Of a stretch of DNA of 64,000 nt, positions 21,946-32,572 are shown piece after piece. Source of the DNA: an uncultured Gemmatimonadales bacterium. Lineage in GTDB: Bacteria > Gemmatimonadota > Gemmatimonadetes > Gemmatimonadales > Gemmatimonadaceae. The number at the start of each line of letters is the position of its first letter. The first letter of the stretch is position 1. A model generated the notes under the pieces. The model had not been told where the DNA came from. It made no database searches and saw only the letters and a program-made list of their open reading frames with translations. The translations under genes were made by a program, and so were the position numbers. Location of the stretch: NCBI GenBank assembly GCA_963850905.1, contig CAWKMU010000004.1:448001-512000 (forward strand). The letters run 5' to 3'.

Positions 21946-22662
21946 GTGTCGACGAATCGGTACACCCGCGCACGCGCACGTTGGCTGTCACGACCGGCTG
22001 TTTCCGCCGCCCTGGTGGTGGCCGTGCTCGGTACGCCCTGCCGGTCCCCGGGTCAGCAGCCATCGGGGAGCGCTGTCCAGCCACAGGGAGCCACCGGCAT
22101 CACTCCGGCCGAGAAAGCCAGAGCGGACCTCGAGCATCCGCGTTTCACGGCAGCGGGCGTGCATTTCATGTCGGGTATGATCGGCCATCATGCGCAGGCG
22201 ATCGTGATGGCCGGCTGGGCAGCGTCTCACGGAGCCAGCCCCGCGGTGCGGGCGCTCGCCGAGCGGATTACGGTATCGCAGACGGATGAGATCAAGTTGA
22301 TGCAGGACTGGCTCAGGGATCGGCACCAGACGATTCCCCAGAGCGACCCGCGCGGATACGCGATGCCCGGCATGGACCAGCCCATGTTGATGCCTGGGAT
22401 GTTGACGACCGCCCAGATGGCGCGACTCGATTCCGCACGCGGCGCCACGTTCGATCACCTGTTCCTGAGCGACATGATCATGCATCACGCTGGCGCGATC
22501 GATATGGTGCATCAGCTGAACGCCACTGCTGATGAGCAGGACGATGCGCTGAGTATGTACGCGACCAACGTCGAAGCCGACCAATCCGCGGAAATCGCCC
22601 GGATGCAACGCATGCTCGCGGGCCTGCCCCTCGACACGACCACGTCTCATTCTTCACATTGA
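21946..22662 (+). CDS. DUF305 (CopM-like) domain protein (start approximate)
   Basis: FMSGMIGHHAQAIVMA, SQTDEI..MQ.WL, MPGMLT, FL..MIMHHAGAIDM, Q..EIARM. Confidence 0.88.
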   Translation: MSTNRYTRARARWLSRPAVSAALVVAVLGTPCRSPGQQPSGSAVQPQGATGITPAEKARADLEHPRFTAAGVHFMSGMIGHHAQAIVMAGWAASHGASPAVRALAERITVSQTDEIKLMQDWLRDRHQTIPQSDPRGYAMPGMDQPMLMPGMLTTAQMARLDSARGATFDHLFLSDMIMHHAGAIDMVHQLNATADEQDDALSMYATNVEADQSAEIARMQRMLAGLPLDTTTSHSSH

Positions 22663-22694
22663 CCGTGTCCCCTTCCCTCTTCTTCGCCTCTCCA

Positions 22695-24551
22695 ATGCCA
22701 GGTATCCGGCCTGCCTTCGCCCTCGTGGCGGCGACCGCGCTCGCTCTCTCGGCTTGCGCGTCATCCTCGTCACCGACCGTCGACGTCCAGGGTCCGTCGC
22801 CCGTGAGGCCCGACACCGCGCCGAATCCAGATCCGCGCCTCTCGCTCAAGGCCGGATGGCTCGACGCCGGTCAAGCGCTGTGGAACATGCGACTGGTCGC
22901 CGCCGCGCGACCCTCCGGGCCGTTTTTCAATGCGTCCGGCGCCACCGAGGAGATTTGGAATTCCGACCTGGCGTTTACTGGCCAATATGTGATCCAGGGG
23001 AATTTCGCCGGTTTCCAAATCTGGGACGTGTCCAACCCGAGCACGCCACAAGTCGCCACGGCATACATCTGTGGAGGCGTCCAGGGCGACGTCTCCGTCT
23101 ACAAGAATCTGCTGTTCATCTCCGTGGAAGGCGGAGACGGCCGCCTCGATTGCGGCCTGGGTGGCGTGAAGGATTCAGTGAGCCCGGAACGCTTCCGAGG
23201 CATCCGCATCTTCGACATCAGCGACATCGCGCACCCCAGGCAGGTCGCCAATGTGCAAACCTGCCGTGGCTCCCATACCAATACCGTGGTCACGGATCCG
23301 CGCGACCCGGCCAGCATATATATCTACGTTTCGGCCATGTCGGGCACTCGCTCCCCGAGTGAGCTGGCGGGTTGCTCCGACGTCGCCCCGGAGGACGAGC
23401 CCAACACCCAGCGATTTCGGATCGATGTGATCCAGGTGCCGCTCGCACACCCGGAACAGAGCAAGATCGTCAATCGACCCGCTCTGCTCGCCAATCTCGC
23501 CCCCTATGGCCGCCACGGCGAGTACGCCGCGGACACGACAGACCCCCAGGAGCGAATGTTGGTGCGCATCACGCGGCCTTCGCCACTCGGCGCGCGCGCA
23601 CCGCGACTCAGTCCACTGGGGCCGATCGCCACCGTGTGCCACGACATCACGGCCTATCCCGTCATCGGAATGGCGGGCGGCGCCTGCATCGGGTACGGCC
23701 TATTGATCGACATCCGAGATCCGGCGAACCCTCGTCGCGTCGCGGTTGCCTCCGACTCGAACTTCTTTGGATGGCACTCGGCGACTTTCAGCAATGATGG
23801 CAAGGAGGTGCTGTTCTCGGATGAGTGGGGCGGTGGGACACTGCCGCGTTGCCGCGCGACCGATAATAGGCGATGGGGCGCCGACGCGATCTACACGATC
23901 GCTGGCGATCACATGACACTGCAGGGCTACTATAAGCTGCCCGTCGCGCAATCGTCGCTCAAGAATTGTGTCGCGCACAACGGCTCATTGATTCCGGTAC
24001 CCGGTCGCAATGTCATGGTGCAGGCGTGGTATCAGGGCGGCGTGTCCGTGTTCGACTGGACCGATGCAGCACACCCCAGGGAAATCGCGTTCTTCGATCG
24101 TGGGCCGATCGATTCGACCAGGATGTCGCCGGGTGGCACCTGGTCGGCGTATTGGTACAACGGGTACATCTACAGCTCAGAGATTACGCGGGGACTCGAT
24201 ATCCTCGAGCTCCAACCCAGCGGCTTGTTGACCCAAAACGAGCTCGACGCGGCGAAGACGGTCCATCTCGATCTCCTGAACGTGCAGGATCAGCCGCAGT
24301 TCGTGTGGCCGCCGAGCTTCGCGCTCGCCCGTGCCTACCTCGACCAGCTCACGAGAGACAACGGCCTGAGCGCCAATCGCCGCACGGCCGTGGCACATGA
24401 CCTGGCGACCGCTGAGCAGCGCACGGGTGCGGAGCGGCAATCCACGCTGACGCATCTCGCGACGCAACTCAACGGCGATGCCAGTCACGCCGGGGACCCT
24501 GCGAAAGTGAGAATGTTGGCCGACGCGGTTCGCACGCTGGCTGCGCAATAA
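22695..24551 (+). CDS. LVIVD-repeat lipoprotein
   Basis: Lipobox LSAC; NSDLAF, QGDVSVY, CRGSHT, CHDIT, WHSATF, NCVAHNG; lies just downstream of the DUF305 gene. Confidence 0.8.
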   Translation: MPGIRPAFALVAATALALSACASSSSPTVDVQGPSPVRPDTAPNPDPRLSLKAGWLDAGQALWNMRLVAAARPSGPFFNASGATEEIWNSDLAFTGQYVIQGNFAGFQIWDVSNPSTPQVATAYICGGVQGDVSVYKNLLFISVEGGDGRLDCGLGGVKDSVSPERFRGIRIFDISDIAHPRQVANVQTCRGSHTNTVVTDPRDPASIYIYVSAMSGTRSPSELAGCSDVAPEDEPNTQRFRIDVIQVPLAHPEQSKIVNRPALLANLAPYGRHGEYAADTTDPQERMLVRITRPSPLGARAPRLSPLGPIATVCHDITAYPVIGMAGGACIGYGLLIDIRDPANPRRVAVASDSNFFGWHSATFSNDGKEVLFSDEWGGGTLPRCRATDNRRWGADAIYTIAGDHMTLQGYYKLPVAQSSLKNCVAHNGSLIPVPGRNVMVQAWYQGGVSVFDWTDAAHPREIAFFDRGPIDSTRMSPGGTWSAYWYNGYIYSSEITRGLDILELQPSGLLTQNELDAAKTVHLDLLNVQDQPQFVWPPSFALARAYLDQLTRDNGLSANRRTAVAHDLATAEQRTGAERQSTLTHLATQLNGDASHAGDPAKVRMLADAVRTLAAQ

Positions 24552-24625
24552 TCCCCGGCACCTCTCTCTCCTTTCTCCTTTCTCCTTTCCCCTTTCGACG
24601 GTCGCGCAGCGGCCGTTGTCGGGAT

Positions 24626-25477
24626 GTGCCGCCGTTTTTCGATCTTCTGATTGGATACCGCCAGTCAGGAGCCTGCCATGAGTCTCGTCCGTCGCTACTC
24701 GTTCGGATCGCACAGCTTCCGGCCACCGACGATCAACGGATCTGGCGCGCGTTGATGGACCGCTTGCGCCACATTCCGCGATACCGCGAGATGTTCGAAG
24801 CCGCATACCCCAACTCGCGATTCGAACACATGAACTTCGCGTACGCGAGCAATGCAATCGCTGGGTTCATGGTCTCCAGGCTGACATTCGATCAGTCCCC
24901 GTGGGACCGATTCCTGGCCGGCAACGACGGGGCCATGACCCAGGCTCAACTGCTCGGCGCCAAGAATTTCCTCACCCTCAAGTGCTCGGTCTGTCACAAC
25001 GGATCGACGTTCAGTGACAACCAATTCCACGACGTGGCGCTCGCCCAATTCGGGCCAGGGGAAGGCGTGCTGCCCAACGTGCACGATGACTTTGGCCGCT
25101 TCAACGTCACGGGCCAGCCGGGAGACACCTATCGGTTCCGCACCTCGCCGCTCCGCAACGTCGAGCTCACCGGGCCCTACGGCCACGCAGGTCAGTTCAA
25201 GAAGCTGCGTGACTTCATTGCACACTACAGCCAGTCGGATGTCAAGCTGGAGACCTACGACCCCTCGCAGATCGACCCGATCCTCTTTGGCACCCTCATC
25301 GACAATACCGCCGCAGTGCTTGCCAACCGCGACACGTTGCTCAAAGGCGTCGTGATCCCGGACAGCACGATCGACCGGCTGACGACCTTCATGGACGCGC
25401 TGACCGATCCGCGAGCGCGTGATCTGCGCTCCATCGTACCGGACCAGGTCCCGAGCGGCCTGCCGATCGATCACTGA
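24626..25477 (+). pseudogene. C-terminal half of a diheme cytochrome c peroxidase/MauG family protein (N-terminus missing)
   Basis: SPWDRFLAG, a single CSVCH, FRTSPLRNVELTGPYGHAG. No signal peptide or first CxxCH. Confidence 0.7.
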
Positions 25478-25545
25478 GTAGCGAGCGCCATCCGTCCGTC
25501 CTAGGTTAGTCCTCCGGGCAAGTTCACTCCTGGCTGGAGCCGGCG

Positions 25546-28194
25546 ATGCCTGTCATGGACGGCGAGCGGTGGCGAGCGTTGGAGCCCTTGCTCGATCGGG
25601 CGCTCGAGCTCACAGATAGCGAACGCGACGCCTGGCTGACGGACCTCCGAGATAGCTCACCGGACCTCGCGGCCGACCTGGTCGCGATCCTGTCCGGCGA
25701 GGGCGCGGCGGACGAGCATGGGTTCCTCGCAGTACCGCTCGTCGGCCAGGAACCCTCGCTCGAGGGAGTTACGCTCGATGCCTACACCCTCGAGCGGCCG
25801 CTCGGGCACGGCGGGATGGGCTCAGTGTGGCTGGCCCATCGAAGCGACGGCCTCTACACAGGGCACGCTGCGGTCAAGCTGCTGAATCTCGCACTGCTCA
25901 CACCGAGCGGACAGACGAGGTTCCGCCGCGAGGGGTCCATGCTGGCGCGTCTCACCCACCTGGGCATCGCGCGCCTGCTCGATGCCGGCGTTGCGTCGAA
26001 CAATCAGCCGTATCTCGTGCTCGAGTACGTCGAGGGACAACCCATCGACCGGTATGCGAGCGAGCACGGTCTCTCGGTCGACGATCGCCTCCGGTTGTTG
26101 CTTCAGGTCCTCGATGCCGTCGGCCATGCGCATGCCAACCTGATCGTACACCGCGATCTCAAGCCGTCGAACATCCTGGTGACCCCGGATGGAACGGTGA
26201 AGCTGCTGGACTTCGGCATCGGGAAACTGTTGGAATCGGACGCCGGTGCCGATCGAGCCGCGACGGTTGGCGAGAAAACCCTGGCACTCACACCCGAGTA
26301 CGCCGCACCCGAACAGGTCATGGGTGGACCGATCACGACAGCAACCGACGTGTACGCGCTCGGTGTCCTGTTGTACCTCCTTCTCTCGGGTCGCCACCCA
26401 ACGGCCCAAGGATGCACGAGCGCAGGGGATGTCATCCTCGCACTCCGCGAACGACAGCCGGCAATCCTGCCACTTGGCGACCTCGGGGCCGTTGTAGACA
26501 AGGCGCTTCGAAAGGAACCCCGCGAACGCTACCAGACTGTGGCCGCGTTCGCAGACGACATTCGGCACTATCTCGTCCACGAGCCGGTCAGCGCGCATCG
26601 AAACCTGGCGCTGTATCGCGCCGCCAAGTTCGTTCGGCGCAATGCAGTGCCCACTGTCGGTGTGACGGCAGCGGCTTTGGCTCTCATCGCCGCCACGCTG
26701 TTCTCTGTCATTCAGATGCAAAACGCCCGTCGTCAGCGCGACGCGGCAGTGTTTGCCGGCAAGCAGACCGCCGCGCAAGTCGACTTTCTCTCGATCCTGA
26801 TGGGCCAATTGGGAGCGACACCATTGTCGATGCGGGAGCTCGTCGATCGTGCCCGAGCCGCCCTCGAACGAGGGCAGACCGGCGACCCGCGATTCCGTGC
26901 GTCCCTGCTCGTGCAACTCTCGGATCGTTACTCGGACCTGGGCGAGAGCACGCATCGCGGCGAGCTCCTCGCTCGCGCCGAGTCGCTCGCGGTAGCGGGT
27001 GGCTACACGACGCAGTTAGCCGAAATTCGTTGCAAGATGGCCGACAACCTCCGTACCGAAGGGCAATACGCCGAAGCGAGCGCACTGCTCGCCAATGCCG
27101 ACTCGTTGCTTCGAGCGAACCCGGATCCGGCTGTCCAGGCGACGTGTCTCGAGATGCGTGGAGGGCTCCAAACCGAAGCCGGCCCGCACGAGGGGACGGT
27201 AGCAATTCTGCAGCGGGCGATTGCAATTCGCGACAGCCTGCAATCCGCGAAGGATCTCACCTACATCACCCTCTTGGGAGATTATGCGAGCGCCCTCGAC
27301 GAAGAGGGTCGACATCGCGAGGGAGTCGCCGTCTATCGGCGAGTCAATACGCTCTTCGACAGCGCTGGCCTGGGCACGACGATGAGCAGCGTCATTAACG
27401 AGCATGACCTGGCCCTCGCGCTAGTCAAGCTCGGCGAGACCGCCGAGGGCGAGCGACTGTTCCTCGACGTGGTCGCTCGCGCCGCAGAGAGTGATCCGAC
27501 CGGGCACCTGCCGCCGCAAGCACTGATCCACGTCGCGCACGCGGCCCTGTTCCAGCAGCATTACGATACGGCCGCGCGGTACTTCGGTTTCCTGGCAACC
27601 CAGGGATTGAGGGACAAGAGCACGTACTGGCAGGGACGCGCCCTGTTCGGGTTGGCAGAGGCCGAGATCGGCGGCGGGCGTCTGACCGATGCGCGGGGAA
27701 CCATGGCAACCTTCCGACCCATCAGCACAAACCCGAAGCTGCAGAGCAGCGACGACCAACTGGTGGACTACCGCGTGCTCCAGGCGCAGCTCGCGCTCGC
27801 GACAGGAGATGCCGCTGCGGCACGGCGTGAGGTCACCCAGGGCCTGCAGGCCGCGGGATATTTCGATGGCAAGAAAAGGGGGATCTTCCGGTCGGCGCTC
27901 GTCCTGGCCGCAGAAACGGCGCTCCGCACAGGCGACCCCGCAGCGGCCGCGGCGTTCGCACGCGATGCGCGCACCCTGGCCACACTCGATTCCTTGTGCT
28001 TGACGCGGAGCGCGTTCGTGGGAGAGGCCCGACTACTCGAAGCTCGCGCGCAGCTCGCGAGTGCGGATACCGTTGGCGCGCGTGCCACGCTCGCGCAGGC
28101 CGTGACCGGACTGGAGACGGGAGCCGGCACGGGCCATCCGCGCGCTCGCCAAGCACGCCTCCTGCTGGGCCAATTGACGACCGGAACGCACTGA
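25546..28194 (+). CDS. Hanks-type Ser/Thr kinase with TM and TPR-like C-terminus
   Basis: LGHGGMGSV, AVK, HRDLKPSNIL, DFG, YAAPEQ, DVYALG. Confidence 0.95.
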   Translation: MPVMDGERWRALEPLLDRALELTDSERDAWLTDLRDSSPDLAADLVAILSGEGAADEHGFLAVPLVGQEPSLEGVTLDAYTLERPLGHGGMGSVWLAHRSDGLYTGHAAVKLLNLALLTPSGQTRFRREGSMLARLTHLGIARLLDAGVASNNQPYLVLEYVEGQPIDRYASEHGLSVDDRLRLLLQVLDAVGHAHANLIVHRDLKPSNILVTPDGTVKLLDFGIGKLLESDAGADRAATVGEKTLALTPEYAAPEQVMGGPITTATDVYALGVLLYLLLSGRHPTAQGCTSAGDVILALRERQPAILPLGDLGAVVDKALRKEPRERYQTVAAFADDIRHYLVHEPVSAHRNLALYRAAKFVRRNAVPTVGVTAAALALIAATLFSVIQMQNARRQRDAAVFAGKQTAAQVDFLSILMGQLGATPLSMRELVDRARAALERGQTGDPRFRASLLVQLSDRYSDLGESTHRGELLARAESLAVAGGYTTQLAEIRCKMADNLRTEGQYAEASALLANADSLLRANPDPAVQATCLEMRGGLQTEAGPHEGTVAILQRAIAIRDSLQSAKDLTYITLLGDYASALDEEGRHREGVAVYRRVNTLFDSAGLGTTMSSVINEHDLALALVKLGETAEGERLFLDVVARAAESDPTGHLPPQALIHVAHAALFQQHYDTAARYFGFLATQGLRDKSTYWQGRALFGLAEAEIGGGRLTDARGTMATFRPISTNPKLQSSDDQLVDYRVLQAQLALATGDAAAARREVTQGLQAAGYFDGKKRGIFRSALVLAAETALRTGDPAAAAAFARDARTLATLDSLCLTRSAFVGEARLLEARAQLASADTVGARATLAQAVTGLETGAGTGHPRARQARLLLGQLTTGTH

Positions 28195-28224
28195 CCGAGA
28201 GGAACGAAGCGGCCTGCGTGCAGC

Positions 28225-28800
28225 TCAAGCAGTCTCGTAGCCGTCGAGCAGCGCGTGATGCAACAGGAGTCGGGCCTTGCGCCACTCGCGCTGCACGGTG
28301 CGGTCGGACACCCCGCGCAGCGTCGCGATCTCGGCGAAGGCAAATCCACAGAAAAAGTGCAGGTCCACCAGCTCCGCGAGGCCGGGTGCAATTGCCGCGA
28401 GCTCGTCGAGCGCATCCCCCAGTCGGGTCAGCTCATCACTGGTGCGCATCTGCTCTGCCGACGCCGCCTGCTCGTCGGCCAGTGTGATCTCAAACCGACG
28501 ATCCCGCTTCGCAGCTTGCCGCCGACGGGCGAAGTCGATCACGAGACCGCGCATGGCTCGCGATGCGTACGCGAGAAAGCGTGCCTGGTCCGGGAACGCG
28601 ACGTCGTCGCGTCCAGTCATGTTGAGATAGGCTTCGTGAAGAAGCGTCGTTGGGGTCAGCGTGAGAGAACCACCCGCTCGCCGCAGCGCGCCCTCCGCGA
28701 GCCGGTGTAACTCCGCATAGAGGAGCGCAAAAAGCGCGTCCAGCGCCTCCGGCTCCGAGCGGTCCGCACGCTGAATCAACAGGTCGAACCCGTGCTCCAC
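28225..28800 (-). CDS. ECF-type sigma factor (kinase-associated type)
   Basis: LYAELHRLA, TLTPTTLLHEAY, AMRGLVIDFARR..A.KR, LHFFCG...EIA...VS.RTV.REW..AR. Confidence 0.9.
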   Translation of the reverse strand: MEHGFDLLIQRADRSEPEALDALFALLYAELHRLAEGALRRAGGSLTLTPTTLLHEAYLNMTGRDDVAFPDQARFLAYASRAMRGLVIDFARRRQAAKRDRRFEITLADEQAASAEQMRTSDELTRLGDALDELAAIAPGLAELVDLHFFCGFAFAEIATLRGVSDRTVQREWRKARLLLHHALLDGYETA

Positions 28801-28984
28801 CCCGTCTCTCTCCGTCTGTGAACGCGGTGCGACGTGAGTTCCGAACTCCCGCCCTGATCACGTCTCAACGCCACGCGAAGTAACACTAGGTCGGCTTCAA
28901 GTGAGAAGGCCTCAGACCTAATGTGACGGAGTTCTGCATGAGGTGGAGGGGGCGCAAAGCATGAGGCTGCTGCGTTGGTCCCGA

Positions 28985-29209
28985 TCACTCGCGAGCACCT
29001 ATCGCGTCGACGGTGACTCGCTCACGTTTGGCCCGATCGCGATGACGCGGATGGCGTGCCGGGAAGGCATGGAGACCGAGACGGCACTTGTGTCTGCGCT
29101 GGCACAGGTCGGGAGGTGGAGCACAGAGGCGAGACACTTGTCCCTGTCCGACTCCACTGGAAAGACTCTGGCTCAGTTTGAGGCGCGTGACACCGCGAGC
29201 GTGAAGTGA
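28985..29209 (+). pseudogene. META/HslJ domain C-terminal fragment
   Basis: TYRVDGDSLTFGPIAMTRMAC...E..L..AL; the N-terminal GCN half is absent. Confidence 0.55.
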
Positions 29210-29245
29210 GGTGTCCTTCGTTCGAGCCTACCCACGTTTCGCGAA

Positions 29246-29584
29246 CTACGTGGTGGTCGTCGAACCCGGTTGCGGCGGCTCCTCGGTGCTAAGCGCGACA
29301 CCGTCCTGGCCCGAAGGCACCGCAGGGCGGATCGGCACTTTCTCGGTGCGCCGCCACGGCTGACGCGGCTCCGCATGTCGAGCGACCATCGCGTCGTAGT
29401 ATGCGACGATCCGTGCTCGCACCGAATCCTCGGTGTCGCCCGCGCTCGAATGAAACGGGGCGTAGCGATGACTGTCGCTCGACACCGTGAACCACCACCA
29501 GGGGGGTGTGTGTGGCCTCCGGGCCTCTTCGATCCGGCAGACGAACATCCGCCCAGCGTCTTCGAACGTAAAAGTTTCCTTCAC
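29246..29584 (-). CDS. Hypothetical protein
   Basis: Protein-like ORF (FTFEDAGR.F.C...WWWFTVS..RYAPF..RIVAYY). Confidence 0.6.
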   Translation of the reverse strand: MKETFTFEDAGRMFVCRIEEARRPHTPPWWWFTVSSDSHRYAPFHSSAGDTEDSVRARIVAYYDAMVARHAEPRQPWRRTEKVPIRPAVPSGQDGVALSTEEPPQPGSTTTT

Positions 29585-29719
29585 ATCGTCCCTGGCTGAG
29601 GTCTCGTAACGACCGCCTGCTGCGAAGCATCCGTCTGTCGACGGACGCTTCGCCGCGGCTGTTCTACCGAGAGTCGCCACCCGAGCCCTTGCTTGCCCAG
29701 GAGCGGCGAAGGGGTGGTG

Positions 29720-29935
29720 CTACTTCTGGCCGATCTTCGTGACGTTCTCGGCGGCAGGCCCTTTCTGACCTTGGACAATGTCGAACTCAACGCGGTCCCC
29801 TTCCGACAGCGACCGGAACCCGCCTCCCTGAATCGCCGAATGGTGGACGAAACAGTCCTTCTGACCGTTCTCGGGAGTAATGAAACCAAAGCCCTTGCTG
29901 TCGTTGAACCACTTTACTGTTCCGGTCGTGCGCAT
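29720..29935 (-). CDS. cspA: Cold-shock protein
   Basis: [16 protein letters not shown] (RNP1), CFVHHSAI (RNP2), [16 protein letters not shown]. Confidence 0.95.
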   Translation of the reverse strand: MRTTGTVKWFNDSKGFGFITPENGQKDCFVHHSAIQGGGFRSLSEGDRVEFDIVQGQKGPAAENVTKIGQK

Positions 29936-30070
29936 GCGAAAACTCCTACTCGTCGTACTTCGTGATGTCGAGAGCGTTAGCGGGCCGCGCCCCACGACGT
30001 ATTGGACATACCTGCCCCAACATGGTGCAGGAACGAGCGATCATTGCAAAAGCGTCCACAGAACTGAAGC

Positions 30071-30095
30071 AAAAAGCCCTCGCCAGAGCGAGGGC
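30071..30095 (-). terminator. Intrinsic terminator-like hairpin inside the cspA leader
   Basis: Minus strand reads GCCCTCGC-TCTG-GCGAGGGC-TTTTT. Confidence 0.7.
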
Positions 30096-30136
30096 CACAA
30101 TTGTGGCGGCGCATTCGCCGCGAATGTCGCTCCTTG

Positions 30137-30165
30137 AAGTTAGAGGCCTGACGCGTTTGTGGCAA
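30137..30165 (-). promoter_or_regulatory. Sigma70-like promoter for cspA (TTGCCA-N17-TAACTT)
   Basis: -35 at 30165-30160, -10 at 30142-30137, 17-bp spacer. Confidence 0.6.
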
Positions 30166-30310
30166 GGACGCCACGCAAACAGCCGACGAGCCCGCGTCTA
30201 GCGGTCCAACGTTGAGATTGACGCCATCTCTTACCGGTATTCTACCCCGTGGCCTCAATCAGGCCGGAACGCACTCCCTGGGTAGCAGCCGTCCACCGTC
30301 TGGCGCCGAG

Positions 30311-30338
30311 TGTCTAGCGTCCAGCGTCCAGCGTCCCC
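30311..30338 (+). repeat. Heptamer array (CGTCYAG-like)x4
   Basis: Read directly; first and last copies imperfect. Confidence 0.75.
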
Positions 30339-30376
30339 GTGCTACACCAACCCGACACATCGCTCATCTTTCTGGA

Positions 30377-30919
30377 ATGGACAGAACGCCAGATCAGACG
30401 CTCTTCAGAGTCGTCGAGAGCCCGGTTGGCAAACTCCTGCTCACCGCCCGGGACGCTGGCCTGACCTCCGTGTTGTTCGAGCCGCACGACCCGAGCACTA
30501 CCGCCGACTGCCATCCCGGCGAGGACGCCAGCGGCGAGGCCTTCCTCATCCTCGAGTTGGCCCGTGTGCAACTCGCCGCCTACTTTGCGGGCGATCTCAC
30601 GATGTTTGACCTGCCGCTCGCACCTGCGGGCACGGCGTTTCAACGCCGCGTGTGGGGCACGCTCCGGGAAATACGGTTTGGAGAGTCGACGAGCTACGGC
30701 GAGCTTGCCCGCCAGATCGGCGCCCCAAAGGGTGCGCGCGCCGTCGGCGCGGCAAACGGCCGTAACCCGCTCCCGATCATCGTGCCTTGCCACCGAGTGA
30801 TCGGCGCGGACGGCACCCTGACCGGTTTCGGCGGGGGTATGCACCGGAAGCAATGGCTGCTCGAGCACGAGCGCGCCGTCTTGCGAGCGAGAGGTGAGCT
30901 GAGTTTCGCACTGCTATAA
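30377..30919 (+). CDS. ogt: Methylated-DNA-protein-cysteine methyltransferase
   Basis: [35 protein letters not shown]. Confidence 0.95.
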   Translation: MDRTPDQTLFRVVESPVGKLLLTARDAGLTSVLFEPHDPSTTADCHPGEDASGEAFLILELARVQLAAYFAGDLTMFDLPLAPAGTAFQRRVWGTLREIRFGESTSYGELARQIGAPKGARAVGAANGRNPLPIIVPCHRVIGADGTLTGFGGGMHRKQWLLEHERAVLRARGELSFALL

Positions 30920-31114
30920 GCGGAGTCGAAACCAACCACGACGGGGACGACAGCCTGCTCTGCCGCCTCCTCTCCGTTCCCTGCATGCTCGCCCGCGAAG
31001 CGAAGCGCCTTGTGTACTTTCTACTTTCTGTGGTTCTACTCTCTCGGCCGCGAGCGGCCGTGTAGACACCTTGGTCCACTAGCTCGTCCGCGCCCTGCAT
31101 GTCGATTGTGCGAG

Positions 31115-32554
31115 ATGTCTACCGAACCAAGAAGCCCTGACGAGCCGCGAGGTCGCGAGACGACCCGGCGGCCCGAACCCGCGCCCAAAGCCGCACAATC
31201 GGTCGAGCGCGAGGTCCCGGTACCCGCGCCCAGCGTGTCTCCCGCTGAGGCACTCGAGATCGCGACCGACGCATACGTGTATGCATATCCGATGGTGCTG
31301 CTGCAGCTCACCGCCCGCGCCATGACAAACGTCGTCGACGCGGAAGCCGGCCGCGCGCCACTGAATCAATTCGCGCACATGCGCACGTTTCCCGACCCGA
31401 CGTTTACCAACGTCGTCCGTCCCAATGCCGACACGCTGTACTCATCACTCTTCTTCGACGTGGCAAGCGACCCGTTGGTGATCGATGTCCCGGACGCCGC
31501 GGAGCGCTATTACCTCCTTCCCGTGCTTGATTCGTGGACGGATGTCTTCGCCTCACCGGGAAAGCGCACGACTGGGACCGCGATGCAACGGTTCGCGATC
31601 GTCGGACCGCGCTGGCACGGTACGTTGCCCCCGGGCGTCAATGAAATTCGGTCGCCGACCTCCCGAGGCTGGGTGATCGGCCGCACGCAAACGAACGGCG
31701 AGCGCGACTACGATGCCGTCCATGTATTCCAGGATGGCCTCTCGGCGACACCGCTCCAGGCCCTGGGCAAGCGACTGCCGCCGGAAAAGGGCACGCGCAA
31801 TCCTCAGCTGGACGAGAGCGCCCCGGTGGAACAGGTCGATCGGATGGACGCGGAGAGCTTCTGGGCGCTCTTCGCCAACGCCGTCGCCGGGAATGCACCG
31901 CACGCAAACGACTACCCGATGCTGGCGCGCCTGCAGCGCATAGGCGTCGCCCCGGGCCGGGGATTGGACCTCGCGTCCCTCCTCCCGGCATCGCGCCAGG
32001 CGATGCAAGAGGGCGTGAAAGCCGCCAGAGAGCGCATCGACATCGCCAGGCAACAAATCGGTGCACGGGTCAACCAATGGGACATGATCCTCGCTCCCGT
32101 CGGCACCTATGGAACGGACTACCTGCGGCGGGCCGCGATCGCCAAGTCCGGGCTCGGCGCCAACGTGCCCGACGATGCCATCTATCCAAGCGCATCTATC
32201 GACGCGCAGGGGAAACCGCTCGACAGCGCGGCTCGCTACACCATCCACTTCGACAAGGGGAAGACACCGCCGGCGCGAGCGTTCTGGTCAATCACGATGT
32301 ACGACCGCCGCCAGCTGTTTGCCGCAAACCCGATCAAGAGATACGCGATCGGTGACCGCTCCGACTTGCAGTACAACGCTGACGGGTCGCTCGATCTCTA
32401 TCTTCAGCGCGAGTCGCCAGGGAAGGAGCATGAGCGCAACTGGCTCCCGACGCCCGCAGAGGGACCCTTTTCGCTCACGATGCGCATCTACTGGCCCAAG
32501 CCCGAAGTCGCCGCCGGCCGCTGGGCCCCGCCGCCCGTCAAACGCGCCGCCTGA
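31115..32554 (+). CDS. DUF1254/DUF1214 protein
   Basis: DAYVYAYP, VVRPNADTLYS, AFWSITMYD, DGSLDLY, NWLPTP, MRIYWP. Confidence 0.9.
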   Translation: MSTEPRSPDEPRGRETTRRPEPAPKAAQSVEREVPVPAPSVSPAEALEIATDAYVYAYPMVLLQLTARAMTNVVDAEAGRAPLNQFAHMRTFPDPTFTNVVRPNADTLYSSLFFDVASDPLVIDVPDAAERYYLLPVLDSWTDVFASPGKRTTGTAMQRFAIVGPRWHGTLPPGVNEIRSPTSRGWVIGRTQTNGERDYDAVHVFQDGLSATPLQALGKRLPPEKGTRNPQLDESAPVEQVDRMDAESFWALFANAVAGNAPHANDYPMLARLQRIGVAPGRGLDLASLLPASRQAMQEGVKAARERIDIARQQIGARVNQWDMILAPVGTYGTDYLRRAAIAKSGLGANVPDDAIYPSASIDAQGKPLDSAARYTIHFDKGKTPPARAFWSITMYDRRQLFAANPIKRYAIGDRSDLQYNADGSLDLYLQRESPGKEHERNWLPTPAEGPFSLTMRIYWPKPEVAAGRWAPPPVKRAA

Positions 32555-32572
32555 CGGTCGGGGTGATGTGGT

